A stretch of DNA of 32,000 nt from Crocosphaera subtropica ATCC 51142 (GCF_000017845.1 NC_010547.1:30001-62000); one strand, 5' to 3'; shown: positions 8,534 through 17,215, counted from the stretch's first letter. The notes: generated by a model from the letters alone, not told the origin. A program made the numbers and translations.

Positions 8534-8699
8534 ATGACTCCCCAAGACGCAATCAATTGAGACTCAAACCACTAAACCGTTGAATTATCTACAACGAACG
8601 ATCTTGTTAAAAAATTGGGAAGGAAAAAGCTATGGGCAAATTGCTCAAGAAACTGGCTACGATCCAAAATATGTAAAAGATACAGGATATCGTCTATGG
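8534..8699 (+). pseudogene. decayed 5' fragment of a paralogue of the STAND/WD40 gene (HTH region only)
   Basis: nt 8574-8699 align without gaps to nt 3383-3508 with 108/126 identities by hand count ([42 protein letters not shown] vs [42 protein letters not shown]). The ATG 8534 frame hits TGA at codon 9 where the intact gene has TGG. A 5-nt length difference shifts the frame. Similarity stops abruptly after 8699. Confidence 0.85.
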
Positions 8700-8901
8700 A
8701 AACAAGGTTTTTATCCTGCTGCGAGCATATTGTAGCTTTTTTGACGAAGAACTACTTAAAATGTATAAATACACATAATAGAATGTAATATTTCTATTAG
8801 TATTTTTAATATAAGCAGACAAAAGACGGGAAACGTTGACTACATAGGAATTTCAGAAGATTTTCCATTTTACAGCGATCGCCTACATTCTGTACAGAGG
8901 A

Positions 8902-8910
8902 TGTTATAAT
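8902..8910 (+). promoter_or_regulatory. extended -10 element TGtTATAAT
   Basis: Read directly. It lies ~100 nt upstream of ORF 9008. The palindrome GGCGTTAACGCC (8924-8935) lies in the predicted leader. No good -35 was found. Confidence 0.3.
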
Positions 8911-9007
8911 CGATTCAACACAGGGCGTTAACGCCGACTCAAAGTGTTACCAGCACTAGGAGCCGACTTGCCCCCTTACTGAACACCCAGCAAGAGAACC
9001 AAAGAAT

Positions 9008-9400
9008 ATGTTAGCACATAGAAAGGCGTCCCCTTTGAGCCGCGCCTATCCAGAGTATGGATATTCAGAGAAAATTGACTATCCCCATTTCTTAAAAGCA
9101 AAAGAGATGAGTGGAATAGAGTTTATCCGAAAACTCTATGAAATCGATAAACTACCTCCCAATGTGAGGAAGCTATACGAAGCACAAGAAGATTTCAACA
9201 GAGAAACCAGACAGGTACTGGTTAAATTATTAAAAGTCACTGATAAGACCGTAAGGTCCTGGGGAAAAGAATATAACCGAATGCCAAAATGTTACCGGTT
9301 GACCCTAGGATATGTTTACCGAAGTCTTTGTCTTCAAAAAGAAATACACCTTAAAGCCCTTAAAAGCAAGGATTGTCAAGGGGATTTGAGAGCAGTGTAG
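9008..9400 (+). CDS. small putative HTH DNA-binding protein of the plasmid-like module
   Basis: 130-aa ORF. The segment RQVLVKLLKVTDKTVRSWGKEY resembles a helix-turn-helix. The start is uncertain (internal Met34, MSGIEF). It is the first gene of a co-directional block. Confidence 0.5.
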   Translation: MLAHRKASPLSRAYPEYGYSEKIDYPHFLKAKEMSGIEFIRKLYEIDKLPPNVRKLYEAQEDFNRETRQVLVKLLKVTDKTVRSWGKEYNRMPKCYRLTLGYVYRSLCLQKEIHLKALKSKDCQGDLRAV

Positions 9401-9716
9401 GGATCTATTCGGCCTAATGGGACGCTTTTGCAAAAAGAGAGCGTCCTTCGGGTCTAATCGAATGCACCCATCTCTTCAATGCACTAAAATTCCCTGATCG
9501 AACACTCATTGAGTATAAAACAGGACGAATAATAGTAGCAATAGGGAACTGGGAAAAGCCAGGCAAAGCCTCTCCCTTAATACAAATATGTACTCCAATC
9601 ATAACAAATCACTCCACGGATAACCACCGAAGCATTCTTATTGGTTTGAAGAATTCTCCACTCCATTTCATTTCGCTACGTTCAGTGCAAAAATACTAAG
9701 AATTGAGAAGACAAAC

Positions 9717-12700
9717 ATGGCTAATATTTTCAGACCCACTAAGAAGGGTTTATCCTGCCCTATTTGCGGAGACACCACTGGGGATTGTAGAATTCTACCC
9801 GACGACAGTGTGTTATGCCACGAAGCCGCCTATGAAACCGACTTAGTTGTTGACAATTACAAATTTATTAGAACCGTAGATCCTGCGCCTTGGGGATACT
9901 TTGTGCAGCAAGATGAGTGCGCTCGTGATGCAAGGCAGTTAGAGCGATTTTTAAGGCGAACTAAGACTGAGAAGAAGAAAAAAGACCAAAGACAGCTAAA
10001 GAATGCACTCGGCAGTAAGGACTTTGATAAGATTTTCAAATCACTAAGAAATCCCACTGGACTAGACAAAGACCATCGCCAGGATCTTATTCAGCGCGGG
10101 CTATCAGAAAAGGACATAGAACGTTTCGGCTTTTTCTCCTTAGAAAAAGATCAAGACACTGTCGTTGGAGTACATTGGACATTTCCAGGGGTTTATAAAA
10201 ATAAGTTTAGCCTCAGAGATAGAGGGTACAGTGTACCGGCCTTTACCAAAGAAGGGCTAGTCCAAGGATATCAAATCCGTCGAGATCCGAGTCAAGAGGA
10301 GAAGAAAGGGGCCAAGTACGTTTGGCCGAAAACTGCACTGAGTAGTCACGTGGTGGTTAATAAGGAATTAGAATTACCGTTAACCTACGTTGATTATTAC
10401 GGGAAAGGGGGTGATATTGTAATTCTCGTAGAGGGATTTCTAAAAGCGATTATTGCCTCGAAGATTACAGGTTATCCCGTAATAGGAGCAGCCGGGGGAG
10501 CGTTTGCCTCAAGTCCCAATCAGCTAAAAGCTTTGTTATATGACTTTGAAGAAGTTTGGATATGTCCCGATGGAGGAGACGCTATCAATCCTCGTGTTTT
10601 TGGACGAATGGTGTCCCAGTTCAATAAAATCGGTCAGATTCGATCAAATATTAAAGTAAAATGGTGGGGGCAAGTCACCAAAACAAACGGCGATGTCGAT
10701 GAAATCAGCAAAGAGACATTCGATAATGCAGAGACCCTAAAACCGCAAGAATTCATTCGTCTTTGTAACCGCGAACAACGTAAACATCTACTCAAAGAAG
10801 AACAAAAAGCACTCAGACAGCTTAGCCTCAAACCTTTTAAAACAATAGACGAACGTTACTTACCTGACTTGGAGACTCTTATTCCTGAGTTAAAGGGTAT
10901 TGTTGCCCTGAAAAGTCCCAAAGGAACAGGAAAATCTTATCAAATCAACAAAGTCATTGAACGAGCTAAGTTAGAGGGACGCAAAATCCTGACCATTACG
11001 CCGCGTATTGCCCTAGGACGAGAGCAAGCCATTAAATGGGATGTTGAGTGGATCGGTGATTTAAAAGGAAACACACGAACCCTACTATGGGAAAATATCA
11101 CAGATTTAGGGTTGTGTTGGGATAGCTTGTGGAAACTAAGTGAAAGTCAGTGGTCAAACACATTGATCATTATTGATGAAGCGGAACTTGCCATGAATCA
11201 TTTCTTACTCAGTTCAACTTGTAGTGAACGTCGGGCGCAGATTTTAGCTACCCTAGAAACCTTAATTCCAGAATGTTTGAAACAAGACGGGTGTTTATTA
11301 GTCGCTGACGCAGATTTAACCGATCTTTCCTTAAACTATTTTAGGACGTTAGCGCCTGGTACTGATACCAAACTAATCGTCAATAAAGGCTCCAAAGTAC
11401 CGACCTGGGATATCTTATTTTGGAAAGGAGGCAGCAAAGATGCCATTGTACAGCAAATCTTTGACCGGTTAAAAAGTCCCATACACGAAGAAAGTGGACC
11501 TCGCCAAAGACGCCTCGCAGTTGCTTGTGACAGTCAAGCAGAAGCAGAAGCTATTGAAAAAGCAGTGTTAGCTGACGATCCCACTATTAACGTGGTCAGA
11601 ATAGATCGCAAAACGACAGAAACCGACTTCGGTAAAGCCTTCATGGAGAACCCCAACGAATCTATCAAAGACCTTAGACCGACATTGTTCCTGTTTACTC
11701 CTTCGATGGGTGCTGGTGTCAGTATTGATGTGGACTGGTTCGATGAGATGTATGGGTTATTTTTTGGAACGTTAGTGCCGAGTCAAAGCCGTCAGATGTT
11801 AGGAAGAATCCGAACACCGATTCCTCGATATATCTGGTGTAAAAACAGGGGGATTATCAATCATGGTGTCATTCAAAACGAAGCCTTAGTAATGACCTCA
11901 GAAATTAAATCCCATCTATTTGAGTTCAATAAAACAACTGGATTACTCATTGATGTCTCAAAAGTTGTGGCAGGGGAAACCGCAGAAGATGCTGAATTAA
12001 TGAAGACCCTACTTACCAAGTTATGGGATGAAAAAAATGGGACTTGGGACAATGTTCATATCGAGTATTATGCCAAAATTATTGCTAGAAACAACTGGGA
12101 TAAAAAGCAGTTAGCCGATACATTAATCCGAGAGCTAAAAGCAGAAGGTCATCGCCTTGAAATTGTCGAAAAAGGGGGTAAAACCGATAAAGGAGAACAA
12201 GTCAGAGAAGCTAAGAAACAACTTCCTGGCTTAGAGGCAGAAGCCATCATGAATGCTAAGACGATCACCTTTGAAGAAGCGCAGATGCTTGAGAATAAGC
12301 TCACAACGACTGAGGAAGAAAGGTTACAGATAACGAAGGCGTATCTTATGCAAGAATTACCTGGATTACCTTTAACCAAAGAGTTTATCCAAAAAGCGAT
12401 CACTGAAAACAGGCGAAAGTGGCTCAATGGTCATAAAATGTGGTGGTATTGCACCCATCCTGAAGATACCGTCGAACGAGATTTAGCAATCTGGAAAAGC
12501 CATTTACACAGCTTCACTCAAGGGGTCGCCTTTTTGCCCGATATCAAAACCCTGAGTCTTCAAATCAAAGTATTGAACAACATCGGCATTATTAAATTAG
12601 TAAAGCACTTGATTGATAACCCTCAAGAAGTCATATCAAAAGACTCCCCCATGCTTTTAGAAATCCTTGCTAAAGCAAGACGTAGTAAAAATCTAAAAAC

Positions 12701-13256
12701 AGCCTATTCCATAACCGTAACAAAAAAATCTCAAGCCATTCGCACGATAAATAAGTTCTTAGAAAAAGTGGGAATGAAACTGAAATTTTACAAAGAGGGG
12801 CCAGACAAAGTTAGGTTGTATCAATTAGATAGAAGCTTAATTGATGACCCTGACCGCCAAGCTGTCTTAGCGAGTTTAGATGAAAGAAAACGATTACGAG
12901 AAGAAGCCAAAAAAGAACGAGAAAATGAAAATCTCAGAATTATCTTTGGGGAAGTGAAAGCAGAAAAGAAAACTCCCGTTTACACGACTCCTCTAAATAA
13001 AGTGGCTCAAAGACTAATCAACTCTATGGTAGAGGCAGCTAATGCTCCAAAAGAGTTAAGAGGGTTACTACGAAAGGCGATCGCATTGATTAAAGTTCAA
13101 CATAGTAGTATAAATATTTTACAATTTTGGAATACTATTCCACAGACTTTAAAAATTATTCTCAAAGCAAGTTGTAAAAAAGAAATGGCCTCACTCAAAG
13201 ATGCTATCCAGCGCACTAGAAGAACTTCAACCAATCCATCTTACCGTCCTATTTAA
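9717..13256 (+). CDS. primase-helicase-type replication protein (Zn finger + TOPRIM/DUF3854-like + P-loop NTPase), CyRepA-like
   Basis: 1179-aa ORF. Zn-binding CPICGDTTGDC...LCH at aa 14-35. TOPRIM-like acidic motifs ILVEGF (Glu239) and ICPDGGDA (aa 282-289). Walker A SPKGTGKS (aa 400-407) and Walker B LIIIDEAE (aa 483-490). The long K/E-rich C-terminal ~400 aa has no motif I recognise. Confidence 0.85.
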   Translation: MANIFRPTKKGLSCPICGDTTGDCRILPDDSVLCHEAAYETDLVVDNYKFIRTVDPAPWGYFVQQDECARDARQLERFLRRTKTEKKKKDQRQLKNALGSKDFDKIFKSLRNPTGLDKDHRQDLIQRGLSEKDIERFGFFSLEKDQDTVVGVHWTFPGVYKNKFSLRDRGYSVPAFTKEGLVQGYQIRRDPSQEEKKGAKYVWPKTALSSHVVVNKELELPLTYVDYYGKGGDIVILVEGFLKAIIASKITGYPVIGAAGGAFASSPNQLKALLYDFEEVWICPDGGDAINPRVFGRMVSQFNKIGQIRSNIKVKWWGQVTKTNGDVDEISKETFDNAETLKPQEFIRLCNREQRKHLLKEEQKALRQLSLKPFKTIDERYLPDLETLIPELKGIVALKSPKGTGKSYQINKVIERAKLEGRKILTITPRIALGREQAIKWDVEWIGDLKGNTRTLLWENITDLGLCWDSLWKLSESQWSNTLIIIDEAELAMNHFLLSSTCSERRAQILATLETLIPECLKQDGCLLVADADLTDLSLNYFRTLAPGTDTKLIVNKGSKVPTWDILFWKGGSKDAIVQQIFDRLKSPIHEESGPRQRRLAVACDSQAEAEAIEKAVLADDPTINVVRIDRKTTETDFGKAFMENPNESIKDLRPTLFLFTPSMGAGVSIDVDWFDEMYGLFFGTLVPSQSRQMLGRIRTPIPRYIWCKNRGIINHGVIQNEALVMTSEIKSHLFEFNKTTGLLIDVSKVVAGETAEDAELMKTLLTKLWDEKNGTWDNVHIEYYAKIIARNNWDKKQLADTLIRELKAEGHRLEIVEKGGKTDKGEQVREAKKQLPGLEAEAIMNAKTITFEEAQMLENKLTTTEEERLQITKAYLMQELPGLPLTKEFIQKAITENRRKWLNGHKMWWYCTHPEDTVERDLAIWKSHLHSFTQGVAFLPDIKTLSLQIKVLNNIGIIKLVKHLIDNPQEVISKDSPMLLEILAKARRSKNLKTAYSITVTKKSQAIRTINKFLEKVGMKLKFYKEGPDKVRLYQLDRSLIDDPDRQAVLASLDERKRLREEAKKERENENLRIIFGEVKAEKKTPVYTTPLNKVAQRLINSMVEAANAPKELRGLLRKAIALIKVQHSSINILQFWNTIPQTLKIILKASCKKEMASLKDAIQRTRRTSTNPSYRPI

Positions 13257-13297
13257 GAGCTTTGAGAGCCGTTAGCACGGCATCAACCTAGATATAG

Positions 13298-13344
13298 CTT
13301 CATCGAATTTGATGGCTTTCATAGAAAGTCTTACGGCGATGAAG
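13298..13344 (+). other. nested hairpins between the rep gene and the next gene
   Basis: Outer perfect 8-bp inverted repeat CTTCATCG (13298-13305) / CGATGAAG (13337-13344). Inner CTTTC (13316-13320) / GAAAG (13324-13328). Confidence 0.4.
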
Positions 13345-13371
13345 TACCTTGTACACTGACCAACTAAAACT

Positions 13372-14472
13372 ATGGCATTTAACCCTGGAAAGAAACGTAA
13401 CAAAACCATCGACACCTCAGCTTTTGACGGGCTAAAAGAGTTTGAAACTCGTGATAATTCAACGGCTTATTGTCAATTAGTTAATCCCGAAAGATTATCC
13501 TCTGAGAAGAAAATCCGCGATAGTAACTGTCCTTATGGAGTTTTCATTCCTTTAGAACAAGCAGAACGGGTGTCATTTACTCCTACTGAATGGTTTGAGG
13601 AAATTACATTGACATTCAATGAAGATTCTCCCAATCCAACAACGGTACAAGGATACATCACAAAGCGATTACGCTGTTGTATTATCCATCAGTCTGACAC
13701 GATCGAACTTCAGGAGAAAACAGCGAGGGGATGGTTTTACAAAGGACCTGCCTATAAATATGGAAAGCCGACTAAGTATAAAGAACTTCTCGATGGCGAT
13801 CGGGAAAACTACCGTATGCGAACTCGATATTTACTATTGTTTGTAGACGAAGATAACAACCCATTGCACGAAGTTCCCTTACAGTTGGGATTAGGTGCAG
13901 GAACTGGGGGTGCGATCGGCTCAGAAGTTAGTAGTTTGAGAGATGAGTTTAACCAAGCTTATTCGGAAGCGACTGGTAATAAAGGCGTGGCTCTTGAAGA
14001 TGAAGTTCATTCGTTAACTGTCTTAGACATGGAATTAGATTTCCATAAAAGCCAGGGTAAGTCACCTTTTGTCGTACCTATAAGACGACTACACCCGGTA
14101 ACAAAAGCCGAGCTAATTGACGTTGAACACGAAAAAGAGAATAAAGGTCGAGTAGTTACATTGATTGGAGAGCCTTTCAATAACATTTTAATCCCCAAAG
14201 GCTCTAAAGCTGGTGAGCTAATATTCTCTCTAAGAGAAACTCATAGCGATTTTCCTATTCCTAATGGGGGTGCTGAAGAAGATGAAACTTCATCCAAATC
14301 CTCTGACTCATCTAATCAAGAAAATGACACCTATTCTTGGGAGAATGATCCAGACTTCTTCGAGAAGTGTACCCCTACTCCACAACCTCAAGATAAACAA
14401 GTAACTGAGCGTCCGAAGGCAGTATCAAAAGTTGAGGAAACTGAAGAGGAAGAAACCCCTATCCCCTTCTAA
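13372..14472 (+). CDS. hypothetical protein with disordered acidic tail ending in an SSB-like tip (..EEEETPIPF)
   Basis: 366-aa ORF. The first ~290 aa look globular with no motif recognised. The last ~75 aa are S/E/D/P/Q-rich low complexity. The final residues PIPF follow an acidic run, like the D-D-D-I-P-F tip of bacterial SSB. Confidence 0.8.
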   Translation: MAFNPGKKRNKTIDTSAFDGLKEFETRDNSTAYCQLVNPERLSSEKKIRDSNCPYGVFIPLEQAERVSFTPTEWFEEITLTFNEDSPNPTTVQGYITKRLRCCIIHQSDTIELQEKTARGWFYKGPAYKYGKPTKYKELLDGDRENYRMRTRYLLLFVDEDNNPLHEVPLQLGLGAGTGGAIGSEVSSLRDEFNQAYSEATGNKGVALEDEVHSLTVLDMELDFHKSQGKSPFVVPIRRLHPVTKAELIDVEHEKENKGRVVTLIGEPFNNILIPKGSKAGELIFSLRETHSDFPIPNGGAEEDETSSKSSDSSNQENDTYSWENDPDFFEKCTPTPQPQDKQVTERPKAVSKVEETEEEETPIPF

Positions 14473-14480
14473 CTCAACGT

Positions 14481-14509
14481 GAGTAGTCCATTTGGGCTAC
14501 TCCTTTTTT
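14481..14509 (+). terminator. rho-independent terminator
   Basis: 9-bp stem GAGTAGTCC / GGGCTACTC (one G-U pair), loop ATTT, then C + TTTTTT (14504-14509). It sits 9 nt after the stop of the 366-aa ORF. Confidence 0.7.
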
Positions 14510-14536
14510 AATTCAATCATGAAACGAGGTTTAATT

Positions 14537-16651
14537 ATGGCAAAAAATGTTTTAGTAATCGAGGCGCCAGGAAAACGTAAAAAATTAGAGAAATTTCTAG
14601 GAGCAGACTGGACGGTGATTGCTACAGGTGGGCATATCCGAGAGTTTGATAAGTCAGGAAATCATAATCTTGGGTTTGAGCTAACACCCAAGGGGACGGT
14701 GATACCGAAGTTTGTGCCTCGCTCTGAGCGTAGCAAAAAGGTGATCCGACAATTACAAATGACGGCGAAAAGGACAAACAGTGAAAGAATTTTTATCGCC
14801 ACCGACCCAGACAGAGAAGGAGAGTGCATCGGGTGGCACGCGGCTCAAGTAATGGGAATCAAGAACCCTCAACGTATTGTGTACTCCGAAATTTCAGAGA
14901 AAGCAGTTAGGAGAGCTATCGCTAATCCTCGGTTTCTCGACACCAACCTTGTAGCATCTGCCCTCGGACGTTCCACCTTAGACAAACTGATCGGGTACAC
15001 CGGTTCACCTTTGTTGTGGGATTACGTCGAAGGAGCCAAAAGCATGGGGAGGGTTCAAACTCCGGTCTTAACTCTAATCTGTGAACGGGAAGAAACCATC
15101 CAAAACTTTAAACCAGAGACTTACTATTCTGTATGGAGTTTATATAAAGAGGGTCTCAAAGCGTTTTACGCAGGAGAAAGCAACGACAATTCCGAAGATA
15201 GCGAGGAAGAAAGAGATGATAGCCAAACTCCGAAAGAAACACAAAAAGAGTCCTTGCGGGTAACAAGTGAAGCAGAGGCTAATCGTCTTGTGGCGATCGC
15301 ACGGAACAACTCTCACAACGTCGTCTCCCTCGAAACCAAGAAAAGCAAGAAGTCCCCACCTGCACCGTTTACAACGAGTAACCTACAACAAGCAGCAGGG
15401 GCTAGACTCAAGTTTTCCCCTGACCAAACAATGAAGTTAGCTCAGAAATTGTATGAGGCGGGAGTAATTACCTATCATCGAACTGACTCAACAGTAATCT
15501 CCGGTGATTTCTGCAAAGTCATACGACAATATCTCAAGGCAAATGACCCTGAGAACCTACCTAAGTCAGTGATCAAGCATCGGCAATCTAAGAACGCTCA
15601 AGAAGCTCACGAAGCCATTAGACCTGTAGATTTAGCCAAAACCGAGACAGACATCGCTAGTGAACTAGGAGATGCGGCGGGAAAGCTATACCAACTAATC
15701 TGGTTTAGAACAGTAGCCAGTCAATGTAAGCCCGCCGAGTTAGATAAAACCACCATCACCACCCAGTCTGATACTGTGTTCTGGAAAGCAAAAGGACAAG
15801 TCGTAACCTTCGCTGGCTATCTTCGTTATTGGAGAGACTTAGGGGCGGATTCTGAATTACCCTCAGTAGAGAATCATCAGGTTGTAACGTTAGAAGATGC
15901 TCAGGCTGAAAAGAAGCAAACTAAGCCTCCTTCTCGCTTTACTGAGGCTCAAATGGTAAAGGTGAGGGAAAAGAAAGGAATTGGACGACCTAGCACGTTT
16001 TCACCGACAATCCAAACCCTCAAAGATAGAAACTACGTTGCGGTTGAAAAGCGAATGCTCAAACCAACCCAGGTAGGACTCAAAGTCTACCACTTCGTCA
16101 GAGAGCATTTAACGGAACTAGGGACAGTCGAGTTTACGGCTCAGATGGAGTCCCATCTCGATGCGATCGCCAAAGGTGATGAAAAATGGCAGCCCTATGT
16201 ATGTCAATTTCATTTTGACCATTGGCAACCCACCTTGATCAAGATAGCACAAACCCTAGGAAAGCCAGCCGTTAAATCGTTCAATGGTAATGGCAAATCC
16301 TTAGAAAAATCGAGGACTAAATGCCCAAAATGCAATGTTGCTATGAGTAAGGTTCCATCTAAGTCTAAGAAGTTACATCGACCTTATTTCCTCAAATGTG
16401 AAGACTGCGAAACAGTCATGTTTTACAACAAGGAACGTAAGCAATGGGAATCACCAGGAACCAAATCGCCGACGCAAGAAACTAAGGCAAGTTGTCCAAA
16501 GTGTCAAAAGCCACTGCACTTAAGAGAATATCGCAGTAAGAAAGACGGAAAGCAAAAGAAGTTATTGAAGTGTCTTGACTGCGACGATGTGGTGTTCTTT
16601 GAGTCACGTGGTTGCTTTTGGTCTAAGCAATTTGGAGAAATAAATCTTTAG
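14537..16651 (+). CDS. type IA DNA topoisomerase with two C-terminal zinc ribbons
   Basis: TOPRIM motifs VLVIEAPGK and IATDPDREGE. Active-site Tyr context VITYHRTDS. C-terminal CPKC..x..CEDC and CPKC..x..CLDC. I prefer ATG 14537 (MAKNVLVIEAPGK) to the track's TTG 14492, which lies inside the upstream terminator hairpin. Confidence 0.93.
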   Translation: MAKNVLVIEAPGKRKKLEKFLGADWTVIATGGHIREFDKSGNHNLGFELTPKGTVIPKFVPRSERSKKVIRQLQMTAKRTNSERIFIATDPDREGECIGWHAAQVMGIKNPQRIVYSEISEKAVRRAIANPRFLDTNLVASALGRSTLDKLIGYTGSPLLWDYVEGAKSMGRVQTPVLTLICEREETIQNFKPETYYSVWSLYKEGLKAFYAGESNDNSEDSEEERDDSQTPKETQKESLRVTSEAEANRLVAIARNNSHNVVSLETKKSKKSPPAPFTTSNLQQAAGARLKFSPDQTMKLAQKLYEAGVITYHRTDSTVISGDFCKVIRQYLKANDPENLPKSVIKHRQSKNAQEAHEAIRPVDLAKTETDIASELGDAAGKLYQLIWFRTVASQCKPAELDKTTITTQSDTVFWKAKGQVVTFAGYLRYWRDLGADSELPSVENHQVVTLEDAQAEKKQTKPPSRFTEAQMVKVREKKGIGRPSTFSPTIQTLKDRNYVAVEKRMLKPTQVGLKVYHFVREHLTELGTVEFTAQMESHLDAIAKGDEKWQPYVCQFHFDHWQPTLIKIAQTLGKPAVKSFNGNGKSLEKSRTKCPKCNVAMSKVPSKSKKLHRPYFLKCEDCETVMFYNKERKQWESPGTKSPTQETKASCPKCQKPLHLREYRSKKDGKQKKLLKCLDCDDVVFFESRGCFWSKQFGEINL

Positions 16652-16660
16652 GTAAAGTTT

Positions 16661-16689
16661 ACGGCTCGTAAGAAATGTCTACGAGTCGT
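16661..16689 (+). terminator. hairpin after the topoisomerase gene (possible terminator, poor U-tract)
   Basis: 10-bp stem ACGGCTCGTA / TACGAGTCGT (one G-U pair), 9-nt loop, followed by AGACTTAATTTG. Confidence 0.35.
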
Positions 16690-16705
16690 AGACTTAATTT
16701 GATCT

Positions 16706-16870
16706 GCTAGCGCATTTTAGCAAAAAGTTGTACATAAGGTTTAATAATGTCAACTAAACAACGAACCTTGGTGTTAGCCGATCTCGGTGGATCTTAAAAA
16801 AACAAGCTAGGAATTGATCTAACGAACCTAGACTCACTCTTAGAGACAATTTCTCTTCTCCTTCTTAACC
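16706..16870 (+). repeat. repeat unit A (promoter-like box + 16-codon mini-ORF)
   Basis: GCTAGCGCATTTTAGCAAAAAGTT... The core ~85 nt is ~85 % identical to unit B, and similarity fades over ~170 nt. Mini-ORF 16747-16797 encodes MSTKQRTLVLADLGGS*. Confidence 0.7.
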
Positions 16871-17039
16871 GAGCAGTATTGAGATTCATCATCGAAATCA
16901 AGCACGAAAAAATAGCTAAGTTTAAAGCATTATAAATCAAGCTATATTACAGTCTGGATAAGGATTATAAGCCTCCGCAGCAGTTACTATTTTTCTTATA
17001 AATAAACGTGGTTGCTGCGGGTGGAGTTGGATTTTTAAA

Positions 17040-17215
17040 GCTAGCGCATTTTAGCAAAAAGTTCTATATGAGGTTTTAAAAATGGCAACAAAACAACAAA
17101 CCTTGGTGTTAGCCGATCCGGACGGGTCTTCAAAAGTATTAGGATTGTGGTGTTTGACTCATAATTAAGACTACATGAGAGAGGGGGCGAAGGAGAAAAC
17201 AGAAAATCTCTCTTC
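17040..17215 (+). repeat. repeat unit B (promoter-like box + 28-codon mini-ORF)
   Basis: Same box 334 nt downstream of unit A. Mini-ORF 17082-17168 encodes MATKQQTLVLADPDGSSKVLGLWCLTHN*. Both units keep a 5-bp hairpin with changed pairs (GATCT/GGATC vs GATCC/GGGTC). Confidence 0.7.

Noticed and set aside
9414-9602. 62-aa minus-strand ORF between the HTH gene and rep. Short direct repeats also occur here (AATGCAC x2, CACTCCA x2, GAAGcATTCT/GAAGAATTCT) and could be iterons.
   Set aside because: The ORF has no signals and runs against the module's direction. The repeats are only 7-10 nt, two copies each and irregularly spaced, which is too weak to call iterons by eye.
9857-12427. Minus-strand ORFs inside rep (9857..10069, 10634..10831, 12149..12427). 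Similar small ORFs lie inside other long genes (4447..4689, 5657..5863, 6244..6438, 13619..13846, 14007..14198, 15081..15263, 17270..17470, 18879..19299, 20537..20743, 20968..21156, 22740..22937, 29353..29535, 29847..30029, 30931..31140).
   Set aside because: All are embedded in longer ORFs that have clear family motifs. None shows a motif or start signal of its own.
14492-14536. Track start (TTG 14492) for the topoisomerase
   Set aside because: These 15 codons lie inside the terminator hairpin and T-tract of the upstream gene. ATG 14537 gives the canonical TOPRIM N-terminus MAKNVLVIEAPGK.
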